A stretch of DNA of 64,000 bases from Candidatus Spongiisociaceae bacterium (GTDB taxonomy: Bacteria; Actinomycetota; Acidimicrobiia; Spongiisociales; Spongiisociaceae), in assembly GCA_965262915.1 (NCBI GenBank), contig OZ253564.1, positions 864,001 to 928,000 of the forward strand, given 5' to 3'. A program made the translations under genes and the position numbers. A model generated the notes under the pieces. It was not told the origin of the DNA. It searched no databases and saw nothing but the letters and a program-made list of their open reading frames with translations. Positions within the stretch are counted from its first letter, which is position 1, and every line of letters starts with the position of its first letter. Of the stretch, positions 27,419-37,315 are shown one piece after another.

Positions 27419-28439
27419 CGTTACGGCCGCATCGCCCTTCGTCACGGTCCGCGACCTCAACGTGCACTTCAGACGTTCGCGCAGGGTCGGCGACGCGGTG
27501 CGGGCCGTCGACGGGGTCGACCTCGACATCCTCGCGGGGGAGACGCTGTGCATTGTGGGCGAGTCGGGTTCGGGGAAGACGACCCTGGTCAGGGCGATCG
27601 GCCATCTGGCGCCCATCACCTCGGGTTCGGTCCGTTTCGGCGATGTCGACGTGGCACACCTCCCCAGGACCGAACTGCGTGCCATGCGCCGCCGGGTGCA
27701 GTACGTGTTCCAGGATCCGTTCGAGTCGTTCGACCGGCGCCAGTCGATCTTCTCGATCGTTGCGCAGCCCCTGCGGGTCCACAAGTTGGCAACCACCCGT
27801 GACGAACTCGAGACCAGAGTTCACGAGGCCTTGGAGGAGTGCGGGCTGGAACCGGCCGGCGAGTTCGCAAGGCTCTATCCCCACCAGTTGTCGGGAGGCC
27901 AGAGGCAGAGGGTCTCGATCGCGGCCGCGATCGTTCTGCGACCTGAGTTGCTGATTGCCGACGAGCCGGTCTCGATGCTCGACGTGTCGGTGCGATCCGA
28001 CATCCTCTCCCTGTTCGTGAGGCTCAAGGAGAGCCACCAGATGACTTTGCTGTTCGTCACCCACGACCTGTCCGTGGCGTGGGAGGTCGCCGATCGCATC
28101 GCGGTCATGTACCTCGGCAAGGTGGTAGAGGAAGGCTCAGCCGACCAGGTGATCGGGCGGCCCGCCAACCCCTACACCCACGCGCTGGTCACCGCCATCC
28201 CAGTGCCCGACCCCCACGACGTGGTGCCTGACTTGGGAGTCAAAGGTGATATCGGAGACATCGTCGGTATTCCGGCCGGGTGCCGTTTCCATCCCCGCTG
28301 TCCCTACGCGATAGAAGGCTGTTCCGGGGCGATCCCGCCTCTCAGCAGGGTTGGGAAAGGGCACCGCAGCGCCTGCATCCGCAACGACGAACTGGATCTG
28401 CAACCTCCCCACCAGTTCGCCGCCGGTTCGGTGAGCTGA
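27405..28439 (+). CDS. ABC ATPase (DppF-like)
   Basis: GESGSGKT, LSGGQRQR, ADEPVSMLD, GCRFHPRC. Confidence 0.92.
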   Translation: MPMRDVTAASPFVTVRDLNVHFRRSRRVGDAVRAVDGVDLDILAGETLCIVGESGSGKTTLVRAIGHLAPITSGSVRFGDVDVAHLPRTELRAMRRRVQYVFQDPFESFDRRQSIFSIVAQPLRVHKLATTRDELETRVHEALEECGLEPAGEFARLYPHQLSGGQRQRVSIAAAIVLRPELLIADEPVSMLDVSVRSDILSLFVRLKESHQMTLLFVTHDLSVAWEVADRIAVMYLGKVVEEGSADQVIGRPANPYTHALVTAIPVPDPHDVVPDLGVKGDIGDIVGIPAGCRFHPRCPYAIEGCSGAIPPLSRVGKGHRSACIRNDELDLQPPHQFAAGSVS

Positions 28440-28447
28440 CCGGAGTC

Positions 28448-29623
28448 ATGAGTTACGACGCCATCGTCATCGGGGCCGGCCTACCAGGCCTTCTGGCCGC
28501 GTGGCGCCTCGCCCGGGCTGGGCTCCGGGTGGTGGTGCTCGAACGGCGGGTGGTAGCGGCCGAGTCGAGCGCCTTGGCGGCCGGCCATGTGCCCCAGGAG
28601 TCGACCTCCCCCGTGAACCTGGCCGTGCTCCGGCGGACCCGTGCCATCGTCGATCAACTGGACCGTGTCACCGGGGGCGTGGTCTCGTTCCGTGAGGTCG
28701 GGGGGATCCAGATGGCCACCGGCCCGACCGGTGCGTCGATCCTCACCCGCCGCTCGCGAGCCGCGGGCCGCCTAGGGGCGGCAGGGGAACTCCTCGAACC
28801 GGCCGATGTGGCGACCCGCTGGCCTCAGTTGGCCACCCGGGACTTGGCGGCCGCGTATCACACCACCGGGGATGGGTTCGTGCGCTCTCAGCACCTGACG
28901 GTCGTGCTGGCCGCCATGGCACGCCAGGCCGGGGCCGACATCTGGGAAGGGTGCCCGGCAGAGAACGTCCGGATCGGGGACGGCCAGGTCGAAGGTGTAC
29001 AGGTGGCCGGTGCTGTGGTAACGGCACGTCGGGTGCTGGTAGCCGCCGGGGCATGGTCGACCCCCCTGTTGGCCCGAAGCGGGCTGCATCTGCCCACCAA
29101 GACCTTCGTTCTGGGTATCGTGATCCTGACCGGAGTCGAGACGACCCTCCCCTTCTTCTCAGAGGTGGAGGCGGGTTATTACGCCATGCGGCGTGGCCCG
29201 GAGTCTCTTCTCGTAGGCCTTCCCCCCACCGATATCGGCGGGAACCCTGATGGATTCGCACGCCTGCCGGAACCGGCACAGCGTGACCGTACCGTGCGTG
29301 ATATACGACGGCGGGTGCCCTCTCTCCGCAACGCTCCGGTGGCTACCGGTTGGTCCGGGGTACTGGTCGCCACTCCGGACGCTTGGCCGCTGTTGGGGCG
29401 CTTCGGTCCTCCGGGCCTGTTCGTGGCGACCGGCTTCGGTGGCGGAGGCGTCCAGAGGGTTGCTGCTGCCGAGGGGGTGGCACAGATCATGCTGGACGAG
29501 GAGCCCTTCTACGACATCCGGGCCCAGGAGGCTTCCCGATACGACGGCTACGACGGAAAGCCCTTCGAGTTCCGGGAAGGTCCCTTCTACTACGGGGAGA
29601 CATCCGGTACCCAGCTCTGGTGA
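28448..29623 (+). CDS. FAD-dependent oxidoreductase (DAO/sarcosine oxidase family)
   Basis: IVIGAGLPG, VAAGAWS, GWSG...TPD, ATGFGG. Confidence 0.85.
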   Translation: MSYDAIVIGAGLPGLLAAWRLARAGLRVVVLERRVVAAESSALAAGHVPQESTSPVNLAVLRRTRAIVDQLDRVTGGVVSFREVGGIQMATGPTGASILTRRSRAAGRLGAAGELLEPADVATRWPQLATRDLAAAYHTTGDGFVRSQHLTVVLAAMARQAGADIWEGCPAENVRIGDGQVEGVQVAGAVVTARRVLVAAGAWSTPLLARSGLHLPTKTFVLGIVILTGVETTLPFFSEVEAGYYAMRRGPESLLVGLPPTDIGGNPDGFARLPEPAQRDRTVRDIRRRVPSLRNAPVATGWSGVLVATPDAWPLLGRFGPPGLFVATGFGGGGVQRVAAAEGVAQIMLDEEPFYDIRAQEASRYDGYDGKPFEFREGPFYYGETSGTQLW

Positions 29624-29803
29624 GGGGGAAACGTGTGGTGCCTGACGTTTTCACACGACCGAGCGAACCCAGCGGCTCCGAAATCGCGAGAACGACCCGA
29701 CCGTCCCGCCGGGGACCACGTTGGTAGTGTGCCCAGAGTTACCGGCAACCCGCGAACTGACGTAGGCAGCCGGTAGCAACTCCGGCCGTCCGGCTGTTCA
29801 CCA

Positions 29804-29823
29804 CCGTTACGTAATCGTAACGG
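29804..29823. promoter_or_regulatory. Palindromic operator-like site upstream of the fic pseudogene
   Basis: CCGTTACG-TAAT-CGTAACGG, perfect 8-bp arms. Confidence 0.5.
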
Positions 29824-29881
29824 CAACCCTTTGACCGAAACGAAATAGCCGCTTTCCGTTAGGGCTGGATTGAATCCGGGT

Positions 29882-30920
29882 ATGGATGCTTCCAGATACG
29901 CAGCTACGAGGTTCGGTCGGGCCAAGCGGACGCTGGGCCCCCACGGCTACGTAGCGTACTTTCCGGAGAATCTGCCTCGTTCGCTGGAGTTGTCCGCCGA
30001 GAGCATCATGCTGACTGCTGAGGCGGCGCTGGGTCGTCTGGCCGGGGTGGGGCGGCTGCTGGCGAATCCCCAATTGCTCATCTATCCCTATCTCAGGCGG
30101 GAGGCGGTGGCATCGACGCGTATCGAGGGAACCCAGGCTTCGCTGAGTGATGTCTTCGACGCCGAGGCAAGCGAGCGACCGCTCACGCCCGATGTCGAGG
30201 AGGTTGTGAACTACGTCCGAGCGTTGCAGTTGGGTATAGACCGTCTCCCGGTTCTTCCGTTGAGTACCCGCCTGATCTGCGAGATGCACGCGGTGATTCT
30301 GTCGGGGGTACGCGGCTCGGGGAGCTCGCCAGGGGAGATCCGACGGTCTCAGAACTGGGTGGGGGCACCCGGCGCCACGATCGAGAAGGCTCTGTTCGTG
30401 CCACCACCACCGGATGCACTAAACGATTTGTTCTCCGATCTCGAGCGGTTCATCCATGAGCCTCCCCTGCTCCCTCCACTGGTGCAGGCGGCCCTGTTGC
30501 ACTTTTTGAGATTCATCGCCAGGCCTACTACGACACCCTGCAAGGCGTGCGTGAAAGGGGTGACTTCGAGTCGTGGCTCAAGTTTTTCCTGAGAGGAGTG
30601 GAAACCCAGACCACCGACGCGATCAACCGCTCGGAGGGTCTCATGGACCTACGCGAACAGTACCGGGCCAGGGTGCAGGCCGAGACCCGTGGAGCGGCCA
30701 ACGCGCTAGTGGACATCGCGTTCCAGCGCCCGTTCCTCGACACACGCATGGTGGAACCGAACTCGGCGTGAGCAAACCTGCCGCGCTGCGTGCCCTGCGT
30801 CTTCTCGAGGAACTCGACGTTCTCGATTCTGTTCCCGAGGGCCCCGGCGGCCAACTCCGTTGGCTCGCTACCGAGGTATTCGAACTCCTTACCAACGAAT
30901 CTGAATCGGCTGCTTCGTAG
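29882..30920 (+). pseudogene. Fic/DOC-family (Fic_N type) pseudogene lacking the catalytic motif
   Basis: EAVASTRIEGTQ, EVVNY, PGEIRRSQNWVG, LVQAALLH, then a frame change to FEIHRQAYY near 30503-30507 with no HPFxxGNGR; second frameshift near 30757 before the HTH-like ELGVSKPAA. Confidence 0.8.
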
Positions 30921-31093
30921 CTCTCGCTGGATCGCAGCCCTGTGAGGCGAACCCTTCCCTTCTGGCTTGATCCTGATCGCCTGTCGCCTGGGTCGGACGT
31001 CGCCGGCCACTTTCGGCGGTGGTGCTCCATCGAGATGGATGCGGCGGCCCGGTAACCTCATGGATCAGCGAGGGTCTAGCAAGGACTGAGGAG

Positions 31094-32266
31094 ATGGGTG
31101 TGGGAACAGAGACCAAGGCGGTAGCGCAGGCGGTGATCGAGCGGGCCCGGGGCGAGCTCCTCGCTCTGAGCCACACTATTCATGGCTACTCGGAGACAGC
31201 GTTCGAAGAGGTGAGGTCGGCGGCTTCCGTGGCTGATTCTCTGGACCGGGCAGGATTTGCCGTGGAGATGGGCTACGGGGGTATTCCGACGGCGGTCCGG
31301 GCGGTTACGGGGAGCGGTCCGCTTCGGGTCGTGATCTGTGCCGAGTACGACGCCCTACCCGGGATCGGTCACGCATGTGGCCACAACGTGATCTCCGCGT
31401 CGGCGGTGGGCGCCGGGCTCGGATTGGCTGAAGTAGCGGACGACATAGGTCTGGAAGTCACGATCCTGGGTACCCCGGCCGAGGAGGCGGGTGGAGGCAA
31501 GGTTTTGCTGCTGGAAGCCGGTGCGTTTGATTCTGCGCATCTGGCCATGATGGTTCACCCCGCTCCCTTCGATGTGGCTGCGCCGCCGGTGGTGGCCATC
31601 GAGTGGTTGGAGGTTTCGTACAGGGGCAAGGAAGCCCACGCCTCCGCCTTCCCGGAACAGGGGATCAATGCCGCCGACGCGCTGGTGGTTGCACAGGTTG
31701 CGATCGGGCTCCTCCGCCAGCACCTGAACGGGACCGACCGGGTCCACGGAATCGTGACCGAGGCTGGAACAGCCGCCAACATAATCCCAGCTCGGGGAGA
31801 AGCCTCATACATGGTCCGGACACCTCACATCGACCAGCTAGACGCGCTACGCACCCGCGTGGAGGCCTGTTTCGAGGCGGGCGCGCTGGCAACCGGGGCG
31901 GAGCTCACCCTCAACAGGCCGAACCCGCCATACAGCCACCTTGATCACCACAAGGAACTTGCCGGGCGGTACCGGCGCAACGCCGAGCGCCTGGGAAGAT
32001 CCTTCTACGACGGGCCTGTGCCGCCCGTCTCGACCGACATGGGGAACGTCTCGCTCCGGTTGCCGACCATCCATCCGTTCATCGGCATCGACTCGCTTCC
32101 AGCCGTGAACCACCAGCCGGGTTTCACCGACGCGGCCGCCCGGCCTCCGGCCGACCAAGCGGTCATCGACGGTGCGGTCGCACTCGCCTGGACCGCCATC
32201 GACGCGGCGACCGACCCGGACCTGACCGAGGAACTGACAAACGCGACGAGGGCGCGGTTTCCTTGA
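31094..32266 (+). CDS. M20D family amidohydrolase
   Basis: EYDALPGIGHACGHN, GTPAEEAGGGK, MVHP, HAS, STDMGNVS; GAGGAG RBS before ATG 31094. Confidence 0.9.
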   Translation: MGVGTETKAVAQAVIERARGELLALSHTIHGYSETAFEEVRSAASVADSLDRAGFAVEMGYGGIPTAVRAVTGSGPLRVVICAEYDALPGIGHACGHNVISASAVGAGLGLAEVADDIGLEVTILGTPAEEAGGGKVLLLEAGAFDSAHLAMMVHPAPFDVAAPPVVAIEWLEVSYRGKEAHASAFPEQGINAADALVVAQVAIGLLRQHLNGTDRVHGIVTEAGTAANIIPARGEASYMVRTPHIDQLDALRTRVEACFEAGALATGAELTLNRPNPPYSHLDHHKELAGRYRRNAERLGRSFYDGPVPPVSTDMGNVSLRLPTIHPFIGIDSLPAVNHQPGFTDAAARPPADQAVIDGAVALAWTAIDAATDPDLTEELTNATRARFP

Positions 32267-32336
32267 GAAGCCTCAGATCGGTATAGCCACACCCCCGCTG
32301 GGGAACGGCGCGATCTACAGATCAACCAGAGGCTTC
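32267..32336. terminator. Stem-loop between convergent genes
   Basis: GAAGCCTC...GAGGCTTC with inner AGATCG/CGATCT. Confidence 0.35.
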
Positions 32337-32354
32337 GGCGCTGGCGGAACCGGT

Positions 32355-33209
32355 CTACCGCTCGACGGGTAGCCCGACCGCCGACCCCCACTCGGTCCAC
32401 GATCCGTCATACACCCGGACGTGGTCCCAGCCCAGTATCCGGGTGGCGGTGAACCAGAGCGAGGATGCCCGATGACTAAGCCGGCAATAGGCGACCACCT
32501 CGTCGGTCTGGTCAGGCGCCGCCCCCACCGACCGGAACACCACCTCGAGCTCCTCTGGCGTCTTGAGAGTGTTGTCATCGTTGAACAGTCGTCGCCACAT
32601 GAGGTGCCTCGCTCCGGGAATGCGGCCGTGGCGTTCAGCCCCGTAATCGAATCCGGTACCCGGTTTGACCCGCTCGCCCAGATATTCCGATTCGTACCGC
32701 CCGTCGAGTATCACCAGTCCCGGTTTCCCCAGATCCTCTTTCAGCTCATGGCAGTAGACCCGCGTCGAATCGTCACGTTCGGCCTGCTGCGGTTCGTAGG
32801 GCACGGCGGCGAACGTCGGTGTTTCCTTGGTCAATACCCTTCCGTCGAGCTGCCAGCGCTTCTGGGACCCGTCGAGAATCCGAGCGTCGGGATGGCCGTT
32901 CATTACCGCGGTCACCCAGTAGGCGAACATGGCGTACTGGTTGCGCCCGCTGTAGAAGACGACGGTCGTCTCGGGTGAGACCCCCCACGCGCCGAAACGT
33001 TCCGCCATGAGCCGGGGGGTCGGGAACTGGCGCTCCGTGGGGTGCCAGAGCACGTCCTTCCAGTACCAGTTGACCGCGCCCGGGATGTGGCCGTCGCGGT
33101 ACTCGCTGATGTCCGCCTCGTACTGGATCTCGATGATCCGCACCGTGGGATCGTCGAGGCGTGCTTCGAGCCAATCGCCCGAGACGAGGGGGGTGGTGGG
33201 GTCAACCAT
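32355..33209 (-). CDS. Tandem-domain sulfurtransferase (rhodanese)
   Basis: GHIPGA, GRIPGA, YCRLSHRAS, YDGSWTEW. Confidence 0.92.
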   Translation of the reverse strand: MVDPTTPLVSGDWLEARLDDPTVRIIEIQYEADISEYRDGHIPGAVNWYWKDVLWHPTERQFPTPRLMAERFGAWGVSPETTVVFYSGRNQYAMFAYWVTAVMNGHPDARILDGSQKRWQLDGRVLTKETPTFAAVPYEPQQAERDDSTRVYCHELKEDLGKPGLVILDGRYESEYLGERVKPGTGFDYGAERHGRIPGARHLMWRRLFNDDNTLKTPEELEVVFRSVGAAPDQTDEVVAYCRLSHRASSLWFTATRILGWDHVRVYDGSWTEWGSAVGLPVER

Positions 33210-33252
33210 CGGGTGAGACCTCCGATCTAGTGGACGTATACATGGTCCGCCT

Positions 33253-33714
33253 TCAAAAGGGTTTGAAGATCATCAAGACCAGGATCACGGTCGCAGTGGC
33301 GCGGAGGTAGATGCCTCCTCGACGTATCCGGGTACGTAGCCGCACGATCTCTGCTGCCTTCTCTCGGGTCGGCTCGCCTGCCTGGGCGGACTCGATTATC
33401 CGTGCCAGGGTCGGGTTCTGGACTGTCACCGAATAGGTGAAGCTCCCGGCGAAGAGGATTATCGACACGAGCAGCCACATCCTGTCGAACAGGGCGTAGC
33501 CCCGTACCACCATGAGCCCGATCCCCGACAGCAGCACCAGTGCCGACAGCGGGATGGCCGTGGTGCTGGTGAGCAGGCGGACCACCCGAGTCGCGAAGAG
33601 GCTGTGTTCGGTGCCGGCGCCCCGCTTGCTGATCCTCCCGAACACGAAGGTGGGGCCGATCCCGGCCATCGCGCCGAACAGGTGCAGGAACAGGAGGATA
33701 CCGAAGAGATCCAC
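33253..33714 (-). CDS. DUF2269-like integral membrane protein
   Basis: LFLH...G, four hydrophobic segments, C-terminal LMIFKPF. Confidence 0.65.
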   Translation of the reverse strand: MDLFGILLFLHLFGAMAGIGPTFVFGRISKRGAGTEHSLFATRVVRLLTSTTAIPLSALVLLSGIGLMVVRGYALFDRMWLLVSIILFAGSFTYSVTVQNPTLARIIESAQAGEPTREKAAEIVRLRTRIRRGGIYLRATATVILVLMIFKPF

Positions 33715-33717
33715 GCT

Positions 33718-34572
33718 TCAGCTTCCGTTCCCTCCGGTTACCCGGGGTTGCCACGCCCTCCGTCCGCCCCGGCGTTCGAACCTCCCGAAGGTCGGGTGGT
33801 TCAGATGACCGGCTGCGACGAGGGTGCAGTCCTCTTCCAGCTGCCTGAGTTCCCGTTCTCGCGTCATGACCGCCTCCTCGGGGTCGGCGTCGAACCGGTG
33901 TACCCAACCTGTCTCGGTCGCTATGACCGGATGGTGGATGAGGTCACCGAGGATGAACAGCCGCTCGCCGGCCGAGTGGACTATGAAGCTCGTATGGCCG
34001 GGGGTGTGCCCCGGCGTGGCGACTGCCGTCATAGAACCGGTGAGGCGGTGGCCGTCCGAGAAGGTGTCGAGCACCCCTAAGCGGTCCAAGGGCAGGGCCT
34101 GGCGGGCGATGTTCGGATGGTTTTGGTCCCGGGACGTGAAGAACGCCCAGTCAACCTCGGAGACGAGATAGCGGGCGTTCTCGAAGCGGGGGGAGATCGT
34201 GTCCCCGTCGTAGACCAGATTCCAGCCTACGTGATCGGCGTGTAGATGGGTGAAAGCCACCATATCGATATCTCTCGGGAGCAAGTCCATCTCCCCGAGC
34301 CGATCCAGCAGGGCACCGCGAGCCTTGGGTGCGCCGGGAGGGCCTAGTTCGGGGCCCCAACCGGTGTCGATCAACACGACCCGGTCGTTGCCACGCACCA
34401 CGAAGCAGTGGAAGTTGACCATGGCGTTTCCCGGATCGGTCTCGATCAGATCCAGGTACGGCGCCCATGCCTCTTCGGGAACTCCCGGGTAGTGCCAACT
34501 CCGGTCAAAGCCGTGGGCCTTGTCCTGTATAGCGGTCACCTCGACGTTGCCGACCCGGACAGTCGTTCTCAT
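33718..34572 (-). CDS. MBL-fold metallohydrolase
   Basis: LIDTG, THLHADHVG, TPGHTPGH, GDLIH. Confidence 0.88.
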   Translation of the reverse strand: MRTTVRVGNVEVTAIQDKAHGFDRSWHYPGVPEEAWAPYLDLIETDPGNAMVNFHCFVVRGNDRVVLIDTGWGPELGPPGAPKARGALLDRLGEMDLLPRDIDMVAFTHLHADHVGWNLVYDGDTISPRFENARYLVSEVDWAFFTSRDQNHPNIARQALPLDRLGVLDTFSDGHRLTGSMTAVATPGHTPGHTSFIVHSAGERLFILGDLIHHPVIATETGWVHRFDADPEEAVMTRERELRQLEEDCTLVAAGHLNHPTFGRFERRGGRRAWQPRVTGGNGS

Positions 34573-35975
34573 TGCGAGTTCCGGTGGCCGCCGGCGGGAG
34601 GATGGAAGTCGGCCCGCTTGCACAGATCGGCGAGCCGTGTGTTCGCGTCATCGACGACCGCGGGCGTGTCGACGGTGGTCAGCCGCCCGTGACGCTTCAG
34701 GATCCTTCCGTCGACCATCACGGTGTCGACGTTCGACGGTTGGGCCGAATGCACGATGGCCACCGCGGGATCCCGGACCGGCGCCATGTTCAGAGTGTCG
34801 GTTCTGACCATCATCAGGTCGGCACGTTTCCCGACGGTCAGGGATCCGACCAGATGATCCAGCCCCAGGGCTCGTGCTCCTTCTATCGTCGCCAACTCCA
34901 AGGCTCGGCGAGGACTCAGCGCTTCGGCATCCAGGTTGGCGATGGCCTCCAACCCGACCGCGACCCGCATCGCCGAGAAGACATCCGCGCAGGCCGAGAT
35001 GGCGGTGGTGTCGAGTGACAGGCTGACGGAGATGCCCGCTGCTAGGTGTCCGTTTATCGGCGGGGCGCCCATGCCCAACCGGAGGGAGGACAGGGGGCTC
35101 ATGGTCACCGGGATCCGGTTGGCAGCGAGGTGCTCACGCTCGCGCGGGGAGATGTAGAGGCAGTGGGCCAGGAGCATGTCAGGTCCGAGGAGCCCCTCTT
35201 CGTGAAGTATGTGGACTTGGTGGATCCGTTTCACCTCCGCCTGCGTCCCGGCGCAATGCATAGAGATCGTCAAACCCTGCTCCCGCGCCAACGCCCACTC
35301 CCTGCGATAGACATCGGGAGTCGACCGCGCCGGCCCCCGAACTCCCACGCCGAGCGTCAGAAGGTCTTTCGAGTTCGGCAACCACTCGTCGGCGATCCTA
35401 CGGATGTTTCCGAAGTCCATCACCTCGTCGGGCAGGACACCGCCTTTCTCCAGGATGGCCCGCATCTTTTGCATCGGCATCGAAGGATGCGCCGAAGGTG
35501 CGGAATAGGAGAAATGCACACGGGTGCCCAGTCGACGGTGGACATCGAGGTTGGCCTCGGCGTCGCTGTATCGCATGATGTTGTGTGACCAGTCGTGGAC
35601 GGTCGTGACGCCGGCCGCTATGCCCTCGGCCATTCCGAGAAGCACTCCCGCCGCGAGGTCTCCCGACGTTAAGAAGCTTCCGAGCCTGCCCTTGGTGGCG
35701 AACCACCCATGTTTCTTCCCGTCGCCAACCACACCTCTGAGTAGGGTGGCCCACACGTGCCAATGCGAATCGACGAAACCGGGCAGGGTGATGGTGTTCC
35801 TTCCGTCGATGGTCTCGGCGCCGCCGGCAGCTAGCCGCGACCCGATCGTCACCAGCTTCCCGTTGTCGATTTCGATGTCCGTTCCGGCCAGTTCCCCTGA
35901 AGCCGGATCCATAGTCAGCGCCGTGGTGTCGCGTATGACATAGTGACCGCGCCGGGGAAGGTTCTGAACAGCCAT
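34569..35975 (-). CDS. Metal-dependent amidohydrolase/deaminase (MTA/SAH deaminase-like)
   Basis: PGFVDSHWH, GVTT, SMH, LLAHC, SLD, ATIEGARALG, GKRADL; start taken at MAVQ (35975). Confidence 0.85.
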   Translation of the reverse strand: MAVQNLPRRGHYVIRDTTALTMDPASGELAGTDIEIDNGKLVTIGSRLAAGGAETIDGRNTITLPGFVDSHWHVWATLLRGVVGDGKKHGWFATKGRLGSFLTSGDLAAGVLLGMAEGIAAGVTTVHDWSHNIMRYSDAEANLDVHRRLGTRVHFSYSAPSAHPSMPMQKMRAILEKGGVLPDEVMDFGNIRRIADEWLPNSKDLLTLGVGVRGPARSTPDVYRREWALAREQGLTISMHCAGTQAEVKRIHQVHILHEEGLLGPDMLLAHCLYISPREREHLAANRIPVTMSPLSSLRLGMGAPPINGHLAAGISVSLSLDTTAISACADVFSAMRVAVGLEAIANLDAEALSPRRALELATIEGARALGLDHLVGSLTVGKRADLMMVRTDTLNMAPVRDPAVAIVHSAQPSNVDTVMVDGRILKRHGRLTTVDTPAVVDDANTRLADLCKRADFHPPAGGHRNSQ

Positions 35976-36015
35976 GTACGGGATCCTTGTCAGAGCATGG
36001 AGGGCTTGGCCAGCG

Positions 36016-36030
36016 AGCATACCGTATACA
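36016..36030. promoter_or_regulatory. Putative GntR operator 1
   Basis: AGCATA-CCG-TATACA, matching the 36367 and 37244 sites. Confidence 0.6.
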
Positions 36031-36366
36031 GTCGGACCCGACGGACGGAGCGGGTGCGAGGGGCGGTCCGATTCCGGCATCCTTGCCTGGTCGTCGTTTC
36101 GCATGTGGGCGCGTACTCCCGCAGCCCGATTCCACCGGCAGGGGTGAAACGCCGGGGAGGTGGATACAATCGGTAAGACCTTCTGATCTGCGACAGCAGC
36201 CATAGGTAAGGGTGGCTTGGGGGCGGGGATGAGAAGCAACTGCCTGTGAGTGGAATATCAGGCGGATTGACCGGGCTAGGGCTGGTTTTCGATAGCGAGT
36301 CGGTGGATTCGGGCTGGGACCAGGCCCAGGTTTGTGGGGTTCCTCCCTCCTAACGGAACCCGATCC

Positions 36367-36381
36367 TGCATACAATATGCC
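36367..36381. promoter_or_regulatory. Putative GntR operator 2, overlapping a TACAAT -10
   Basis: TGCATA-CAA-TATGCC immediately before the gntR ATG. Confidence 0.6.
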
Positions 36382-36384
36382 GCC

Positions 36385-37113
36385 ATGCAAACGGCTGAGG
36401 AGCACTCCGACAACCCGCGTACCGGGGTAAGCGGGTCTCCCCTCCTCGCGGCCGTCGAACCGCTAAGCGCCGAGGAGGCTGTGACGGTTGCTCTGCGGGA
36501 CGCGATCCTCAGCGGACGGTTGGCGCCCGGTGCGCGTCTGGCCCAGGCCGAATTGGCCAGACAACTCGGTGTCAGCCGAATCCCACTACGCGACGCGCTG
36601 CGTCGGCTGGGCGAAGAGGCCCTCGTGAAGATCGACGGGCGGCGGGGCGCCTGGGTGACCGCTCTGTCCAAACGCGACATAGCGGAGATATACGAGCTCA
36701 GGATCATGCTGGAAGGTCGATGCATCCGGTATGCGGTGCGGAACCTGGCCGACGAGGACGAGCGGGAGGCGCTGGTCGAACTGTCCGAGCACATGGACAG
36801 CTCCGACCGGGACGTGATGGAGGGAAGAGCTGCCCGGCGCAAGTTCTACGACGTTCTCTATTCGCATGCCGGCCGACCCCGGATGCACCGCCTCATCATG
36901 CAACTGCGGGACAACGTCGGTCGCTATCACCTGCTCCAGGACACCGACCTGTCCCACGCCGCCCACTCGGAGGTGCGCCACTGTATCAACAGCGGAGATG
37001 TGCCCGGCGCCGCCCTCGCGGTGACCGCCCACCTCGAGGAAGCACGAGACGACCTTCTGGCAACGATGACGGACGAGTCTCCACCTAACACCCCGGCCGC
37101 TTCTCGTAGGTAG
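36385..37113 (+). CDS. GntR family (FCD-type) transcriptional regulator
   Basis: LRDAILSGRLAPGARL, LGVSRIPLRDAL, EIYELRIMLEG. Confidence 0.9.
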   Translation: MQTAEEHSDNPRTGVSGSPLLAAVEPLSAEEAVTVALRDAILSGRLAPGARLAQAELARQLGVSRIPLRDALRRLGEEALVKIDGRRGAWVTALSKRDIAEIYELRIMLEGRCIRYAVRNLADEDEREALVELSEHMDSSDRDVMEGRAARRKFYDVLYSHAGRPRMHRLIMQLRDNVGRYHLLQDTDLSHAAHSEVRHCINSGDVPGAALAVTAHLEEARDDLLATMTDESPPNTPAASRR

Positions 37114-37243
37114 CTCCTCCATTGCCAACCGGAACACCCACACCCGCCTCAGCGGTCTCCATGCCGGACCGCTTGGGTGCCGCTTGGCACTGGCGGCTGC
37201 TCCCGGCGACTGTCGTGCCGGGATCCGCTCGGAATTCGGTTGC

Positions 37244-37260
37244 TTGCATAACGTATACAA
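37244..37260. promoter_or_regulatory. Putative GntR operator 3
   Basis: TTGCATA-ACG-TATACAA upstream of the hydantoinase operon. Confidence 0.6.
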
Positions 37261-37315
37261 TCTCGGCATGGACCTTACGAACCCCCTTTCAGTATCGCGT
37301 CCGGCGGGAGGTGAC

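Noticed and set aside
25826-27796. Long antisense ORFs (656 aa here; also 2307-3662, 39433-40800, 43343-44389 and others)
   Set aside because: Shadow frames of well-supported genes, expected in high-GC DNA.
36040-36330. Possible structured ncRNA (CCACC/GGTGG and CCGGC/GCCGG stems)
   Set aside because: Short GC stems are expected by chance at this composition.
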